DNA of 64,000 bases. Origin: Halodesulfurarchaeum sp. (GTDB lineage Archaea > Halobacteriota > Halobacteria > Halobacteriales > Halobacteriaceae). The stretch covers positions 640,001 to 704,000 of the forward strand of contig JAXHNL010000002.1 in the NCBI GenBank assembly GCA_034520565.1, written 5' to 3'. Positions 37,831 to 48,348 of the stretch are shown here, piece after piece. Made by a program: the position numbers and the translations under genes. The first letter of the stretch is position 1. Every line of letters starts with the position of its first letter. Below the pieces are notes generated by a model that was given only the letters and a program-made list of their open reading frames with translations, was not told the origin of the DNA and did not search any database.

Positions 37831-39432
37831 TCAGAACTCGCCCTCCTGGCCGAGCAGGAGGACCATCGACAGCCCGGAGACGAGGATCAGGATGAGCGCC
37901 GGCAGTGCGGCGTACTCGTAATAGAGACTCTCGTGGGCCGCCCAGACGATCGTGACGAGGGTGTCCCGCCCGATCGGCTGGAGCATGAGCGTCGCCGGCA
38001 ACTCCTTCATCGTGGTCAGGAAGACGAGCGCCCCGCCGGCGATTACCCCGGGGGCGATGTCGGGCAGCACGACCCGAACGAAGGTCCGGAGCGGCCCCGC
38101 GTTGAGGGTCCGTGCGGCCTCGGCCTTCCGGTCGTCGAACTGGACGATCGCCGACCGGGTCGTCCCGACGGCTTGCGGGAGGAATCGAACGACGTAGGCG
38201 AACACGAGCAGCGGCACGGTGCGGTAGAGCCACGGCACCGTCGTCGAACCCAGGAACACGAGGGCGAGCCCGATGACGATTCCCGGGACCGCGAAGCCGA
38301 CGTAGGTTCCCCGCTCGAGGAGACGGGCGAACCGACTTTTCGCTCTGGCTCCGAGGAAGGCGACCGGCAGTGCCATCACACTGGCCGCGACCGCTGCGAG
38401 GAGCGCGAACGTGACCGAGTTCAGCGCGTGCTGTGGCTGGAATGCCAGTGACGGAACCGCGCCACCGGTGCCCCGGAGTAGCCAGAGAGTGAAGAGTGCG
38501 ACCGGCAGCACCACGGTGACGGCCCCGAGGAGGAGCAGGGTCGCCATCGCCGGGTAGCGCCAGCGGCCGAGCTCGATGAGCGGCCCCTGCCGGCGCACCG
38601 CCTCACCCGTCGACTGCCCGGTACGGGACTCGACCACGAGTATGACGCCGGCGAGAGCGAGCAACTGGAGGGAGAGCAGCGCGGCGTACCCGACGTTGAA
38701 CGCCTCGTACTCCAGATAGATGGCGCTCGTAAACACGGAGACGCCCATGAACGCCGGCGTTCCGAAGTCCGAAAGCGCGTAGAGTGCGACGAGCAGCGCG
38801 CCGGCGGAGACGGCCGGGCGGATCTGCGGGACGGTCACCCGCCTGAACGCCTCGATCGGTCCCGCATCGAGGGTCCGGGCGGCTTCCACGAGCGAGGTGT
38901 CCATCGAGCGAAGTGCGGCCCGGGCACTCAGAAAGACGTAGGGGTACGTGTAGAGGGTGATCACGAGGGCCGCCCCCGCAAAGCCGTCGATCCGGGGCAG
39001 CTCGAGCCCGAGGAAGGTGGTGAGTTCGCCGTGTTGGCCGAAGGCCGAAACGAACGCGAACGCACCGATGTAACTCGGAACGACGAGGGGCAACGCGACG
39101 AGGACCGAGAACAGCCGCGGGGTCGGGAGATCCGTCCGGGCCGTGAGCACTGCCAGGGGCACCCCGAGCAGGATCGACCCACCGGTCGTGACGGCCACGA
39201 GTGCGACGCTTCGACCGGCGATCGCGACGGTGCGCGTCGAGGTCAGCAACTCGAGGGCCCGTCCGGGATCGACGGCACTGGCCCGCAAGACGAGCCAGAA
39301 AAGCGGCGAGACCACGAGCACGGCGATGACGCTTCCGAAGACGAGTGCCGCCAGGTGTGCGGACGACCGCTCCGCCAATCGTCGGCGAACGCTCGCATTC
39401 GCGGCAGTCAGTTGTGGTCTCGGGCCGTTCAT
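37831..39432 (-). CDS. Fe(III) ABC transporter permease (FbpB-like)
   Basis: Two EAA loops (EAARTL), LSDFG, KELPATL. Confidence 0.93.
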   Translation of the reverse strand: MNGPRPQLTAANASVRRRLAERSSAHLAALVFGSVIAVLVVSPLFWLVLRASAVDPGRALELLTSTRTVAIAGRSVALVAVTTGGSILLGVPLAVLTARTDLPTPRLFSVLVALPLVVPSYIGAFAFVSAFGQHGELTTFLGLELPRIDGFAGAALVITLYTYPYVFLSARAALRSMDTSLVEAARTLDAGPIEAFRRVTVPQIRPAVSAGALLVALYALSDFGTPAFMGVSVFTSAIYLEYEAFNVGYAALLSLQLLALAGVILVVESRTGQSTGEAVRRQGPLIELGRWRYPAMATLLLLGAVTVVLPVALFTLWLLRGTGGAVPSLAFQPQHALNSVTFALLAAVAASVMALPVAFLGARAKSRFARLLERGTYVGFAVPGIVIGLALVFLGSTTVPWLYRTVPLLVFAYVVRFLPQAVGTTRSAIVQFDDRKAEAARTLNAGPLRTFVRVVLPDIAPGVIAGGALVFLTTMKELPATLMLQPIGRDTLVTIVWAAHESLYYEYAALPALILILVSGLSMVLLLGQEGEF

Positions 39433-39449
39433 AGTGGGGGTGGGACCGC

Positions 39450-40616
39450 TTAAACCGTCATTCCTTCATCGCGGAGGAGGTCGACGGCGTCTTCGAGGTC
39501 ACCGAGTGCGTTGAGGTCGAAATCCGGGGGCTGTAGCTCCGAGAGGCTGGGGAGCGGGCCGTCGTATTCGGCCCCCTTCCGGACCGGATACTCGCCGTTC
39601 GTCTCGACGAAGAACTCCTGGCCCTCGGCGGCGAGTACGTGCCGGACGAACTCCGCTGCGAGGTTTGGTTTGTCGGCGGCCTGGAGAACGGCGATTCCGG
39701 AGACGTTGAAGAGGCTCCCTGGATCGTTCTGCGTGAACGTCACGTCGAGGGGCGCATTCGGCTGGTTGCCGATGATTCGGGCCGCGTAGTACTGGTTGCC
39801 CAGCCCGACTGTCACGTCGCCGTTCGCGACGGCCTCGGCCTGCTGGGAGCCGCTCGAGTAGAGGGTGACATCCTGGTCATCGAGCATTCCCCGAACCCAC
39901 TCCCGGGTGCGCTCCTCGCCCTCGAGTTCGATCATGGCGACGATGAACGACCGGAAGGTGCCGGAGTTCGGCCGCGTCGAGATCTCGCCGGCAAACCGCT
40001 CGTCTTCGGCGTAGGCGAAGATGTCCGTGGGCAATTCGTCCCGGCTCCACGCGTCGGTGTTGAACTGGACGGCCCGAACGCGGCCGGAGGCACCAGTCCA
40101 CTGGCCTTCTGGGTCCCGCTTGTTTTCGGGGACGGCGGCGAGGACGTCATCGGGCAGTTCCCGGGCCAGTCCTTCGCCTTTCAGCGCAGCCAGGGCGCCG
40201 GAGGATTGGGTGTAAAACACGTCGGCCGGGGTCGCGTCGCCCTCCTCGGTGAGGCTGTTGAGCTGGGCCTCGTTGCTGTCGTAATCGCGGGCGATCGAGA
40301 AGTCCGGGTAGGTCTCCTCGAGTTTCGCGAAGAGCGGGTCGATCTGGTCGCGGGTCCGGCCGGAGTAGACGGTGAGTTCGCCCTCGAGGTCGCCGAGGTC
40401 CCCCCACGTGACTCCCTCGGTATCGACCGCGGCGCCCTGCGGGGCGTCGCTTTCGTACGGGTCGCCGTCTCCCGACCCGAGACAGCCGGTGACGCCGACG
40501 CTCGTCGCGAGTGCGATCCCGGCAGTCCCGAGCAGCCGTCGCCGGCTGATGCTCCTGGCTGTGCCGTTTTCGTTCGAAGCCTCCGTGCGTGCCAAACGGG
40601 ATGAATCGTGGTCCAT
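39450..40616 (-). CDS. Fe(III) ABC substrate-binding Tat lipoprotein
   Basis: SRRRLL twin-Arg, TGC lipobox, VYSGR, ADVF, NQYY, EYP. Confidence 0.92.
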   Translation of the reverse strand: MDHDSSRLARTEASNENGTARSISRRRLLGTAGIALATSVGVTGCLGSGDGDPYESDAPQGAAVDTEGVTWGDLGDLEGELTVYSGRTRDQIDPLFAKLEETYPDFSIARDYDSNEAQLNSLTEEGDATPADVFYTQSSGALAALKGEGLARELPDDVLAAVPENKRDPEGQWTGASGRVRAVQFNTDAWSRDELPTDIFAYAEDERFAGEISTRPNSGTFRSFIVAMIELEGEERTREWVRGMLDDQDVTLYSSGSQQAEAVANGDVTVGLGNQYYAARIIGNQPNAPLDVTFTQNDPGSLFNVSGIAVLQAADKPNLAAEFVRHVLAAEGQEFFVETNGEYPVRKGAEYDGPLPSLSELQPPDFDLNALGDLEDAVDLLRDEGMTV

Positions 40617-40621
40617 CGCAG

Positions 40622-40720
40622 TTTTAGGTTACCCTAAAAGATACTTAGACGTGACGATTTTCGGCCAGCCTAAAACGGTGGTGCCGTGCCCGTATCGGGA
40701 CGTTTTTAGGAATGCCTAAT
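40622..40720. promoter_or_regulatory. Three DtxR/IdeR-type operators
   Basis: TTAGG-TTAC-CCTAA (40624), TTCGG-CCAG-CCTAA (40660), TTAGG-AATG-CCTAA (40706), between divergent iron-uptake genes. Confidence 0.8.
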
Positions 40721-40779
40721 CAAGTGACAACCGAGACGGACCTGGGGCTGTCGACCGGAGCTCCGGTCCGAGACCTGTC

Positions 40780-41961
40780 ATGGGAACGAAACACCCGACG
40801 GACGCCGACGGCACTGGGGATCGATCCCGGTCACTCGTAGGGCCGTCGAACGATACCCACCCGCCGGTCCTGTCGCTCGAATCGGTCCGGACCGCCTTCG
40901 ACGGCGAAGCCGCGATCGAGAACTTCACGCTCTCCGTGCGTGACGGCGAACTGTTGACGATTCTGGGCCCGTCTGGCTGTGGCAAGACGACGGTCCTCCG
41001 GACGATCGCCGGGCTCGAGCGCCCGGATTCGGGGACGGTCCGGATCGACGGCACCACGGTCGCAGACGACCGAACCTTCGTCCAGCCGGAAAAGCGGAAC
41101 GTGGGCATCGTCTTCCAGGACTTCGCGCTGTTCTCCCACATGACCGTGGCCGAGAACGTGGCCTTCGGCATCGAGGACTGGCCCGCCGACCGGCGGGAAC
41201 GCCGTGTCGACGAGCTGTTGACCCTCGTGGGGCTGGAGGGGGCCGGCGATCGCTCGCCACAGGCACTCTCCGGCGGCCAGAAACAGCGGGTCGCCCTGGC
41301 CCGTGCGCTTGCCCCCGAACCGGACGTACTGCTGCTGGACGAACCGTTTTCGAGCCTCGACCGCGACCTCCGCGAGCGGATGCGCGAGGAGGTCAGGCGC
41401 ATTCTCCAGGCGGCCGGGGTCACCACCGTGTTCGTCACCCACGACCAGACCGAGGCCCTCTCGATCTCCGATCGGGTCGCGGTGATGTGTGACGGCCGGC
41501 TCGAACAGATCGGGCACCCCGAGTCGGTCTTCAAGGGACCGAACACCCGATTCGTCGCGAACTTCCTCGGCAACCCGACGTTTCTCGCGGGGGACGTGGG
41601 CGAGTCGGCCGTATCGACCGCCATCGGCCCTATCGGTTTCGACCAACTCCCCGGACTGGACAGCTCGGACCAGGGCCGCCGGGTCGAGGTGGTGGTCAGA
41701 CCCGACGACGTCGAGGCGTTTCCCGCGCCCGAATCCGAGGCGACCGGCGTCGTCCGCCGCCGGAGCTACGAAGGCTCGACCATCCGGTACCGGATCGAAC
41801 TCGCGAACGGCTCTCACATCGAGGCGATGCACAACCACACGTCGGGCGTCGACCTCGACGATCCGGTCGCCGTGGATCTGGTCGCCGACCACGAGTTCGC
41901 GTGGTTCGGCGCCGAGACGGCGGACGACCGCTGTAATCTTCCCCCTCGAAACGGGCAATAA
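40780..41961 (+). CDS. Fe(III) ABC transporter ATPase (FbpC-like, TOBE)
   Basis: GPSGCGKT, LSGGQ, LLLDEP. Confidence 0.94.
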   Translation: MGTKHPTDADGTGDRSRSLVGPSNDTHPPVLSLESVRTAFDGEAAIENFTLSVRDGELLTILGPSGCGKTTVLRTIAGLERPDSGTVRIDGTTVADDRTFVQPEKRNVGIVFQDFALFSHMTVAENVAFGIEDWPADRRERRVDELLTLVGLEGAGDRSPQALSGGQKQRVALARALAPEPDVLLLDEPFSSLDRDLRERMREEVRRILQAAGVTTVFVTHDQTEALSISDRVAVMCDGRLEQIGHPESVFKGPNTRFVANFLGNPTFLAGDVGESAVSTAIGPIGFDQLPGLDSSDQGRRVEVVVRPDDVEAFPAPESEATGVVRRRSYEGSTIRYRIELANGSHIEAMHNHTSGVDLDDPVAVDLVADHEFAWFGAETADDRCNLPPRNGQ

Positions 41962-42019
41962 TCCGCGATTAGCCCGGTGCGTAATGGTTTTGGGTGTTTG
42001 TCGGTAACGGAGCAATACA

Positions 42020-42373
42020 ATGAGTCAGAACCCGGAGGACGACCGTCTCGAGGAACTGCGCGAGCAGAAGTTACAGGAGCTACAGGAGTCCCAGGGAGGA
42101 GAAGGCGCCGGCGAGGAGGCGATGGAGGCCCAGCGCGAGCAGGCAGAGGCCCAGAAGAAAGCCCTGCTCCGCCAGCACCTCACCGACGGCGCGCGCAAGC
42201 GACTCAACACGGTGAAGATGAGCCGGGAGCAGTTCGGCGAGCAGGTCGAACAGCAGATCGTCGCTCTCGCGCGGTCGGGGCGACTTCGCGAGAAGATCGA
42301 CGAGGAGAAGATGAAGGAGCTGCTCCGGGAGATGAAACCCGACTCGAAGAGCTTCGATATCTCCCGGCGATAG
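42020..42373 (+). CDS. PDCD5/TFAR19-like DNA-binding protein
   Basis: [19 protein letters not shown]. Confidence 0.9.
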   Translation: MSQNPEDDRLEELREQKLQELQESQGGEGAGEEAMEAQREQAEAQKKALLRQHLTDGARKRLNTVKMSREQFGEQVEQQIVALARSGRLREKIDEEKMKELLREMKPDSKSFDISRR

Positions 42374-42458
42374 AGTAAACTCTGGCTCGACTCGTTTTGT
42401 CGCTCCGCCGAACCGCTGGATGGACAGGTACAAGCGCCGGGTGGTCCAAATCCCTGCC

Positions 42459-43757
42459 ATGTACGACCGGCTGAAGGGATTTCGCGACTTCTACCCCGGT
42501 GAGATGGCCGCCCGTCGGGCGATGATCGACACCCTCGAGGCCACCGCTCGCCAGTACGGGTTCAGGGAGGTCGGCACGCCCGCACTCGAGCAGACGGCGA
42601 TGTACGTCGAGAAGAGCGGCGAGGAGATCGTCGATGAACTGTACGCGTTCACCGACGACGGGGGCCGCGATGTCGCCATGACGCCAGAGCTGACCCCCAC
42701 GGTCGCCCGGATGGTCGTGGCCAAACAGCAGGAACTGTCCAAACCGATCAAGTGGTTCTCGACCAGGCCGTTCTGGCGCTACGAGGAACCCCAGCAGGGC
42801 CGCTTCCGCGAGTTTTACCAGCTCAACGCCGACATCTTCGGCTCGGCCGACCCGACCGCCGACGCCGAGATCCTCGCCTACGCTGCGGATGCCCTGACAG
42901 CCCTCGGTCTCACCGCCACGGACTTCGAGTTCCGTCTCTCCCACCGGGACATTCTGGGCGGGCTCCTCGAATCGATCTCGGGCGAGGTCGACACCCGGGC
43001 CGCGATCCGCGCCGTCGACAAGAGCGAGAAGATCGAGCGGGCCGAGTACCACGACCTGCTCGTGGATGCGGGCCTCACCCGCGAGCAGGCCGTCGAGTTC
43101 GACGATCTGCTCGGCGCCGAGGACCTCGAAGCGGTCCGGGACTTCGCCGGAACCGAGCGGGTGGATGCGGCCGTCGAGAACCTCCAGGCCGTGCTCGCGG
43201 CCGCCGAGGACTACGGCGTCCGGGAGTACCTCACGCTCTCGCTGGAAACGGCCCGGGGGCTCGATTACTACACCGGGGTCGTCTTCGAGTGCTTCGATTC
43301 GACCGGGGACGTCTCGCGGGCGGTCTTCGGCGGCGGCCGCTACGACGACCTCATCGAGAGCTTCGGCGGCCAGCCCACGCCAGCAGTAGGCGTCGCCCCA
43401 GGCCTCGCCCCGCTCTCGCTTCTGCTCCAGCGGGCGGGCGTCTGGCCCGAAGAGTCCCTCGCGACGGATTACTACGTCCTCCAGATCGGGGACACCCGTT
43501 CCGAGGCCGCCCGGATCGTCCGGGCGTTGCGCGACCGCGGCCACGTCGTCGAGACCGACGTTTCGGGGCGCTCCTTCGGCGCGCAACTGGATTACGCGGA
43601 CTCGATCAATGCCGAGACGGTGGTCATCGTCGGCGAACAGGACCTCGGCGAGGGCATGGTCACGGTGAAGGACATGCGATCCGGCGACCAGCGACAGGTG
43701 CCAGTCGAATCGTTCCCCGGCGACCACGAGGACCCCCGCCTCGCCGATTTCGAGTAG
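42459..43757 (+). CDS. hisS: Histidine--tRNA ligase
   Basis: KGFRDF, PELT, RYEEPQQGRFREFYQ, RGLDYYTG, GGGRYD. Confidence 0.98.
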   Translation: MYDRLKGFRDFYPGEMAARRAMIDTLEATARQYGFREVGTPALEQTAMYVEKSGEEIVDELYAFTDDGGRDVAMTPELTPTVARMVVAKQQELSKPIKWFSTRPFWRYEEPQQGRFREFYQLNADIFGSADPTADAEILAYAADALTALGLTATDFEFRLSHRDILGGLLESISGEVDTRAAIRAVDKSEKIERAEYHDLLVDAGLTREQAVEFDDLLGAEDLEAVRDFAGTERVDAAVENLQAVLAAAEDYGVREYLTLSLETARGLDYYTGVVFECFDSTGDVSRAVFGGGRYDDLIESFGGQPTPAVGVAPGLAPLSLLLQRAGVWPEESLATDYYVLQIGDTRSEAARIVRALRDRGHVVETDVSGRSFGAQLDYADSINAETVVIVGEQDLGEGMVTVKDMRSGDQRQVPVESFPGDHEDPRLADFE

Positions 43758-43760
43758 GCA

Positions 43761-44636
43761 ATGCGCGCCTACCGCGTCGCCTACGACGGCCGGGCCTATC
43801 ACGGCTTCCAGCGGCAACCTGCAGTCCCGACCGTCGAGAACACCTTGTTTTCGGGACTGCGGGATCTCGGCCTCGAATTCGACGACGATCCCCCCGGCTA
43901 CGCCGCGGCCGGCCGCACTGACCGGGGTGTCTCTGCCCTGGCCCAGACCATCGCCTTGGACGCCCCGAAGTGGCTCTCGCCACGGGCGTTCACGACCCAG
44001 CTCCCCACGGACGTGCACGTGTGGGCGAGCGCGGACGCGCCCGATGATTTTCACGCCACCCACGACGCGATCGCTCGGGAATACACGTATTACCTGCACG
44101 TGGGCGGTTCCCCTTCAGGCTCCGAAACCTCCGAGAGCGGGGGGCGCGGGCCGGGCGACGACCCGGTTCGGATCGAGGCGATCGAATCGCGGCTCTCGGG
44201 CGAACACGACTTTCACAACCTCGCCGCCGAGGACACCGGAACGGTCCGGGACCTGTCTGTGAGGAGCCGGCGGGAGGGCTTCTACCGCGTCATTCGCGTC
44301 CGGACGGACGGGTTTCCCCGGCAGCTCGTCCGACGACTCGTGACCCTCTATGACCGCGTGCGATCCGGTCGGGCCGATCTCGACTTCCTCGATCGGGTAC
44401 TGGGACCGGAACCGCTCCCGGGCCCCGACGGGATCGAACCGGCGCCGGCTCACCCGCTCGTCCTGACCGATGTCGAGTACGGCCTCGACTTCGAGCCGGA
44501 TCCGACGGCCGTGGAACTGGCTCGCGAAGCCGTTTCCGCGCAGGTACGACGTGACCGGTCACGAGCCACCGCGCTGGAATCGATCGAGGGCGACATTCCG
44601 GATCGCGGCACCGTGGACCGCCCCGACAACCCTTAA
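43761..44636 (+). CDS. truA: tRNA pseudouridine(38-40) synthase
   Basis: AYDG..YHGFQRQP, AGRTDRGVSA, HDF. Confidence 0.95.
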   Translation: MRAYRVAYDGRAYHGFQRQPAVPTVENTLFSGLRDLGLEFDDDPPGYAAAGRTDRGVSALAQTIALDAPKWLSPRAFTTQLPTDVHVWASADAPDDFHATHDAIAREYTYYLHVGGSPSGSETSESGGRGPGDDPVRIEAIESRLSGEHDFHNLAAEDTGTVRDLSVRSRREGFYRVIRVRTDGFPRQLVRRLVTLYDRVRSGRADLDFLDRVLGPEPLPGPDGIEPAPAHPLVLTDVEYGLDFEPDPTAVELAREAVSAQVRRDRSRATALESIEGDIPDRGTVDRPDNP

Positions 44637-44660
44637 TCCCTCCCGCGTGCCACGGTGGGT

Positions 44661-46457
44661 ATGGGAACGGTGCCAGAACGCGAGGAACTGCCGGTCGAGT
44701 ACACCTGGGACCTCGAGGCGATCTTCGAGTCGACCGGGGAGTGGGAGGACACCTTCGAGGCCGTCTCCAGTCGCCTCGATTCGATCCGCGAGTACGAGGG
44801 CCGGCTCGGCGAGGACGGCGAAACCCTGGCCGAGGCGCTCGCGAGACGGGACGAGTTGGCCCGCGAGGTCGAACAGGTCGTCGCCTACGCCCGGATGCGC
44901 TCGGACGAGGACACCCGCGACCAGGAAGCACAGGGTCGGGCGACGCGGGCCCGGACGCTGGCCGCTGAAGCCGCGAGTGCGAGTTCCTTTATCGAGCCGG
45001 AGACCCAGCAACTTCCCGCCGAACAGGTCACGGAGTTCCTCGAGACGACCCCCGAACTCGAGGACTACGAGCACTACCTCGAGGACGTCCTCCGGGTCGC
45101 CCCCCACACCCGCTCGGCCGAGGTCGAGCAGGTGCTCTCGGAACTGGGCGAGGTGCTCGGTGCGCCCGCGGACGTTTTCGGCAAACTCACGGACGCCGAC
45201 CTCACCTTCCCGACCGTCGAGGACGCGGAGGGCGAGGGGGTGGAGATCACCCAGTCGAACTTCACGTCGCTGCTCCAGCGTCCCGACCGGGACTTCCGGG
45301 AGCGGGTCTACGACGCCTTCTACGGCGAACTCGGCGGGGTCCGCAACACGCTCGGCACCGCCCTGAACCACCAGGTTCGAAAGCACGTCAAGAGCGCCGA
45401 CATCCGGGACTACGAGTCGCCTCGCGCGGCCGCTCTGGACGGCGCGAACGTCCCCGAAACGGTCTACACGTCCCTCGTGGAGGCCGTCGAGTCGAACCTC
45501 GACACGCTCCATCGGCACCTCGAACTGAAAGCCGACGTCCTCGCTCTCGAGGAACTGGCGATGTGGGACGTCTACGCCCCGACCGCCCCCGGGGAGAGTC
45601 CGGAAATCGAGTACGAGGACGCGACCGAGATGGTCGTCGAGGCACTGGCTCCGCTGGGCGAGGACTACCAGGACCGGGTCGCGGCGGGGATCGAGTCCCG
45701 CTGGATCGACGTCCACGAGAACCGGGGCAAGCGCTCCGGGGCCTACTCCGGGGGTACCTACGACACCCAGCCCTACATCCTGCTGAACTGGCAATCCGAC
45801 GTCTCCTCGCTTTACACCCTCGCCCACGAACTCGGGCATTCGATGCACTCCCAACTTGCGGACGAGGCCCAGCCCTACGTGGACGCCGACTACGAAATCT
45901 TCGTCGCGGAGGTAGCCTCGACGGTCAACGAGACCCTGCTCACCCACCACCTGCTCGAGACCGTCGAGGACGAGCAGTTCCGCGCTCACGTCCTCGACCA
46001 GTTCCTCGAGCGCTTCCGCTCGACGCTCTACCGCCAGACGCTCTTTGCCGCCTTCGAAGCGGAGATCCACGAGCGCTCGGCGGCCGGCGAACCGCTGACG
46101 CCCGACCGGCTGGACGAACTGTACGGGGCGCGGAAGGAACGGTACTACGAACCAGCGGCCGTCGACGAGACGATCCGCGCGGAGTGGATGCGGATCCCGC
46201 ATTTCTACTACAACTTTTATGTCTACCAGTACGCGACCGGCCTGAGCGCCGCCGTGGCGATCGTCGATCGCATTGAACGCGAAGGCGAGTCCGCGGCCGA
46301 CGCGTATCTCGACGCCCTGGCACTCGGCGAGAGCGAGTACCCCCTCGACGTGCTTCGGACCGCCGGCGTCGACATGGCCGAACCCGACCCTATCGAGACG
46401 GCGATCGGGGAGTACGGAACCCGGATCGGGCAGATGGCCGATCTGCTGGAGCACTAG
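44661..46457 (+). CDS. pepF: Oligoendopeptidase F
   Basis: GKRSGAYS, HELGHSMH, EVAS, HFYYNFYVYQY. Confidence 0.96.
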   Translation: MGTVPEREELPVEYTWDLEAIFESTGEWEDTFEAVSSRLDSIREYEGRLGEDGETLAEALARRDELAREVEQVVAYARMRSDEDTRDQEAQGRATRARTLAAEAASASSFIEPETQQLPAEQVTEFLETTPELEDYEHYLEDVLRVAPHTRSAEVEQVLSELGEVLGAPADVFGKLTDADLTFPTVEDAEGEGVEITQSNFTSLLQRPDRDFRERVYDAFYGELGGVRNTLGTALNHQVRKHVKSADIRDYESPRAAALDGANVPETVYTSLVEAVESNLDTLHRHLELKADVLALEELAMWDVYAPTAPGESPEIEYEDATEMVVEALAPLGEDYQDRVAAGIESRWIDVHENRGKRSGAYSGGTYDTQPYILLNWQSDVSSLYTLAHELGHSMHSQLADEAQPYVDADYEIFVAEVASTVNETLLTHHLLETVEDEQFRAHVLDQFLERFRSTLYRQTLFAAFEAEIHERSAAGEPLTPDRLDELYGARKERYYEPAAVDETIRAEWMRIPHFYYNFYVYQYATGLSAAVAIVDRIEREGESAADAYLDALALGESEYPLDVLRTAGVDMAEPDPIETAIGEYGTRIGQMADLLEH

Positions 46458-46957
46458 TCGGCAAGCCGTTTTCGCATTTCGAGGACCGTGCCCTCGACGC
46501 TCCCGTCGAACTCGTAGTCGACCTCCCGGACCGTCAAAAAGCCGTTGGCTTGGTAGAACGGGACCGCGTTCAGCGAGGCCCAGAGCCCGAGCGAAACCAG
46601 CCCGAGTTCGCGTGCGCGGGTCTCCAGGGCCTCGTAAATCGTCGTCCCGATCCCCTGCCGGGCGAACGCCGGGTGGACGTAGATCGCCACGATCTTGGCG
46701 TCGACGTCGGCCTCGAACTCCCCGTCCGGATCGGTCGACAGCCAGCCAAAGCCCACGATCGAGCCGCCTCGCTCGGCGACGAAGACGGTCGTTTCCGGCT
46801 CGTCGATCGGGTAGGACGCCGGATCGCGGTCGTGCGCCCAGGCCTCGACCTGCTCCGTCGAGTATCGCTCCCCACCCAACCCGCCGATGGAGGCGAGGTG
46901 CAGGTCCCGGATGGCCTCGGCGTCCGCCGGGCGCGCCCGGCGGATCGAGAGGGACAT
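46454..46957 (-). CDS. GNAT acetyltransferase
   Basis: YVHP..ARQGIG, NAVPFY..NGF. Confidence 0.9.
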   Translation of the reverse strand: MSLSIRRARPADAEAIRDLHLASIGGLGGERYSTEQVEAWAHDRDPASYPIDEPETTVFVAERGGSIVGFGWLSTDPDGEFEADVDAKIVAIYVHPAFARQGIGTTIYEALETRARELGLVSLGLWASLNAVPFYQANGFLTVREVDYEFDGSVEGTVLEMRKRLAD

Positions 46958-47029
46958 GGCTCCAGTTCGGTCCCCGACGACCAAGAAACTCGTCGTTCCC
47001 GCGCAATTGGCCCGCACTGTCCAGCTCGG

Positions 47030-48346
47030 CTACCTGTCGGCCAGTCGCTCGGCGGCCCCCTTCGCGTCGGCGAGCCGCCCAATGATCCCCGCCCGGTCGG
47101 TGTAGTTGGTGACGAACTCGATATCCGTCGGCGGATCCAGGCGGTCGAGGGCCGCCCAGGAACGGTCGTAGGCCGGCATGCCCGGCTCCCACCGGTGGAC
47201 GTTGAGTACCCCGGCCTCGCTTCCGAGCAGGTCCTCGAACTCCGCCGCGGCGATGGTGCCGATCTCCGCGTCGTCCTTTTCGAGCAGGCCGTCCTCCCGA
47301 CCGCCCCCGAGATAGGCGGTGTAGACGCCGTTGCGGTCCAGCATGCTGGCGTTCCAGGTCATCCCGAGCGTGTCGTAGCCCGCCTCCGGCAGGATCTGGC
47401 AGCCGTGGCCGACGACGCCGGCGTCCGCGTGCAGATTGACCACGACGATCGGGTTGTAGTTGAACTCCCGGAGGGTGGACGCGAGGGTCGAATCAACCGG
47501 CTCGAGGAGGCTCGCCGCCGTCGGTGCCGGCGGGGTCATCCCGACCGCGTCGACCGGGGTCCGGCCAGCGTCGGTGACGATCTCGTAGCCGTTGTCGGCC
47601 GGTTCGATCGCCTCGACCGAGGTGGCAAACTCGATGCTGTCGGCGTGGCGCTCGGCGAGTGCCTCGGGGAGCCGAGCGAGCCCGTCCTCGAAGGACACGA
47701 TCGGTGGTGGGTCCCGCCCCGTGAGGGCGTACGGGGCGACAGCTTTGAGGATCGATCCGTCGATCCCGTGCCGTTCGAGCGCCCGCCCCAGGGAGTACTC
47801 GACGAGCATCTCGTCGGCCGCGGTCCCGTAGAGTCCGGTATAGAGCGGCGCGAACAGGCGGTGGGCGGCCTCGTGACCGAACTTCCGGGTGAGGAACCCC
47901 TCGACGGTTTCGTCCGGTTTGGGTCCGCCAGTTAGCGGCTCGGCGAGCACGCGGAGTTTCCCCCGCCAGGAGAACAGGTCGGTCGTGATCGCCTCCCTGA
48001 GCGACAGGGGGGCGACCCGGAATTTCCCGTCGTGGTAGATGTACAGGGGTTGGTCGGTGTCGCCCTCGCGGAGTTCGGACTCGAGGGAGAGTTCCTCGAC
48101 GAGGGCCCTCACCGGTCCGGCGAGGCGGAGTCGCTGCGGACCGAGTTCGACCACGTGACCGTCGACGTTTCGGGACTGGATCGTCCCGCCGGGTCGGTCG
48201 GCGGCCTCGAAGGTCACGGTCTCCACGCCCCGTTGTCGAAGGTAATGGGTCAGCGCCAGCCCCGAGATGCCGGCCCCGACGACCCCCACCCGCGGTTCGT
48301 CGGTTTCGGTTCTTGCCGAATCGTCTCCCCCGTGAGCAGCCGGCAT
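47030..48346 (-). CDS. HemY/HemG-type (copro/proto)porphyrinogen oxidase
   Basis: VVGAGISGL FAD motif, GGTIQS, ELGP, RW..GMPAY. Confidence 0.88.
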   Translation of the reverse strand: MPAAHGGDDSARTETDEPRVGVVGAGISGLALTHYLRQRGVETVTFEAADRPGGTIQSRNVDGHVVELGPQRLRLAGPVRALVEELSLESELREGDTDQPLYIYHDGKFRVAPLSLREAITTDLFSWRGKLRVLAEPLTGGPKPDETVEGFLTRKFGHEAAHRLFAPLYTGLYGTAADEMLVEYSLGRALERHGIDGSILKAVAPYALTGRDPPPIVSFEDGLARLPEALAERHADSIEFATSVEAIEPADNGYEIVTDAGRTPVDAVGMTPPAPTAASLLEPVDSTLASTLREFNYNPIVVVNLHADAGVVGHGCQILPEAGYDTLGMTWNASMLDRNGVYTAYLGGGREDGLLEKDDAEIGTIAAAEFEDLLGSEAGVLNVHRWEPGMPAYDRSWAALDRLDPPTDIEFVTNYTDRAGIIGRLADAKGAAERLADR

Positions 48347-48348
48347 AC

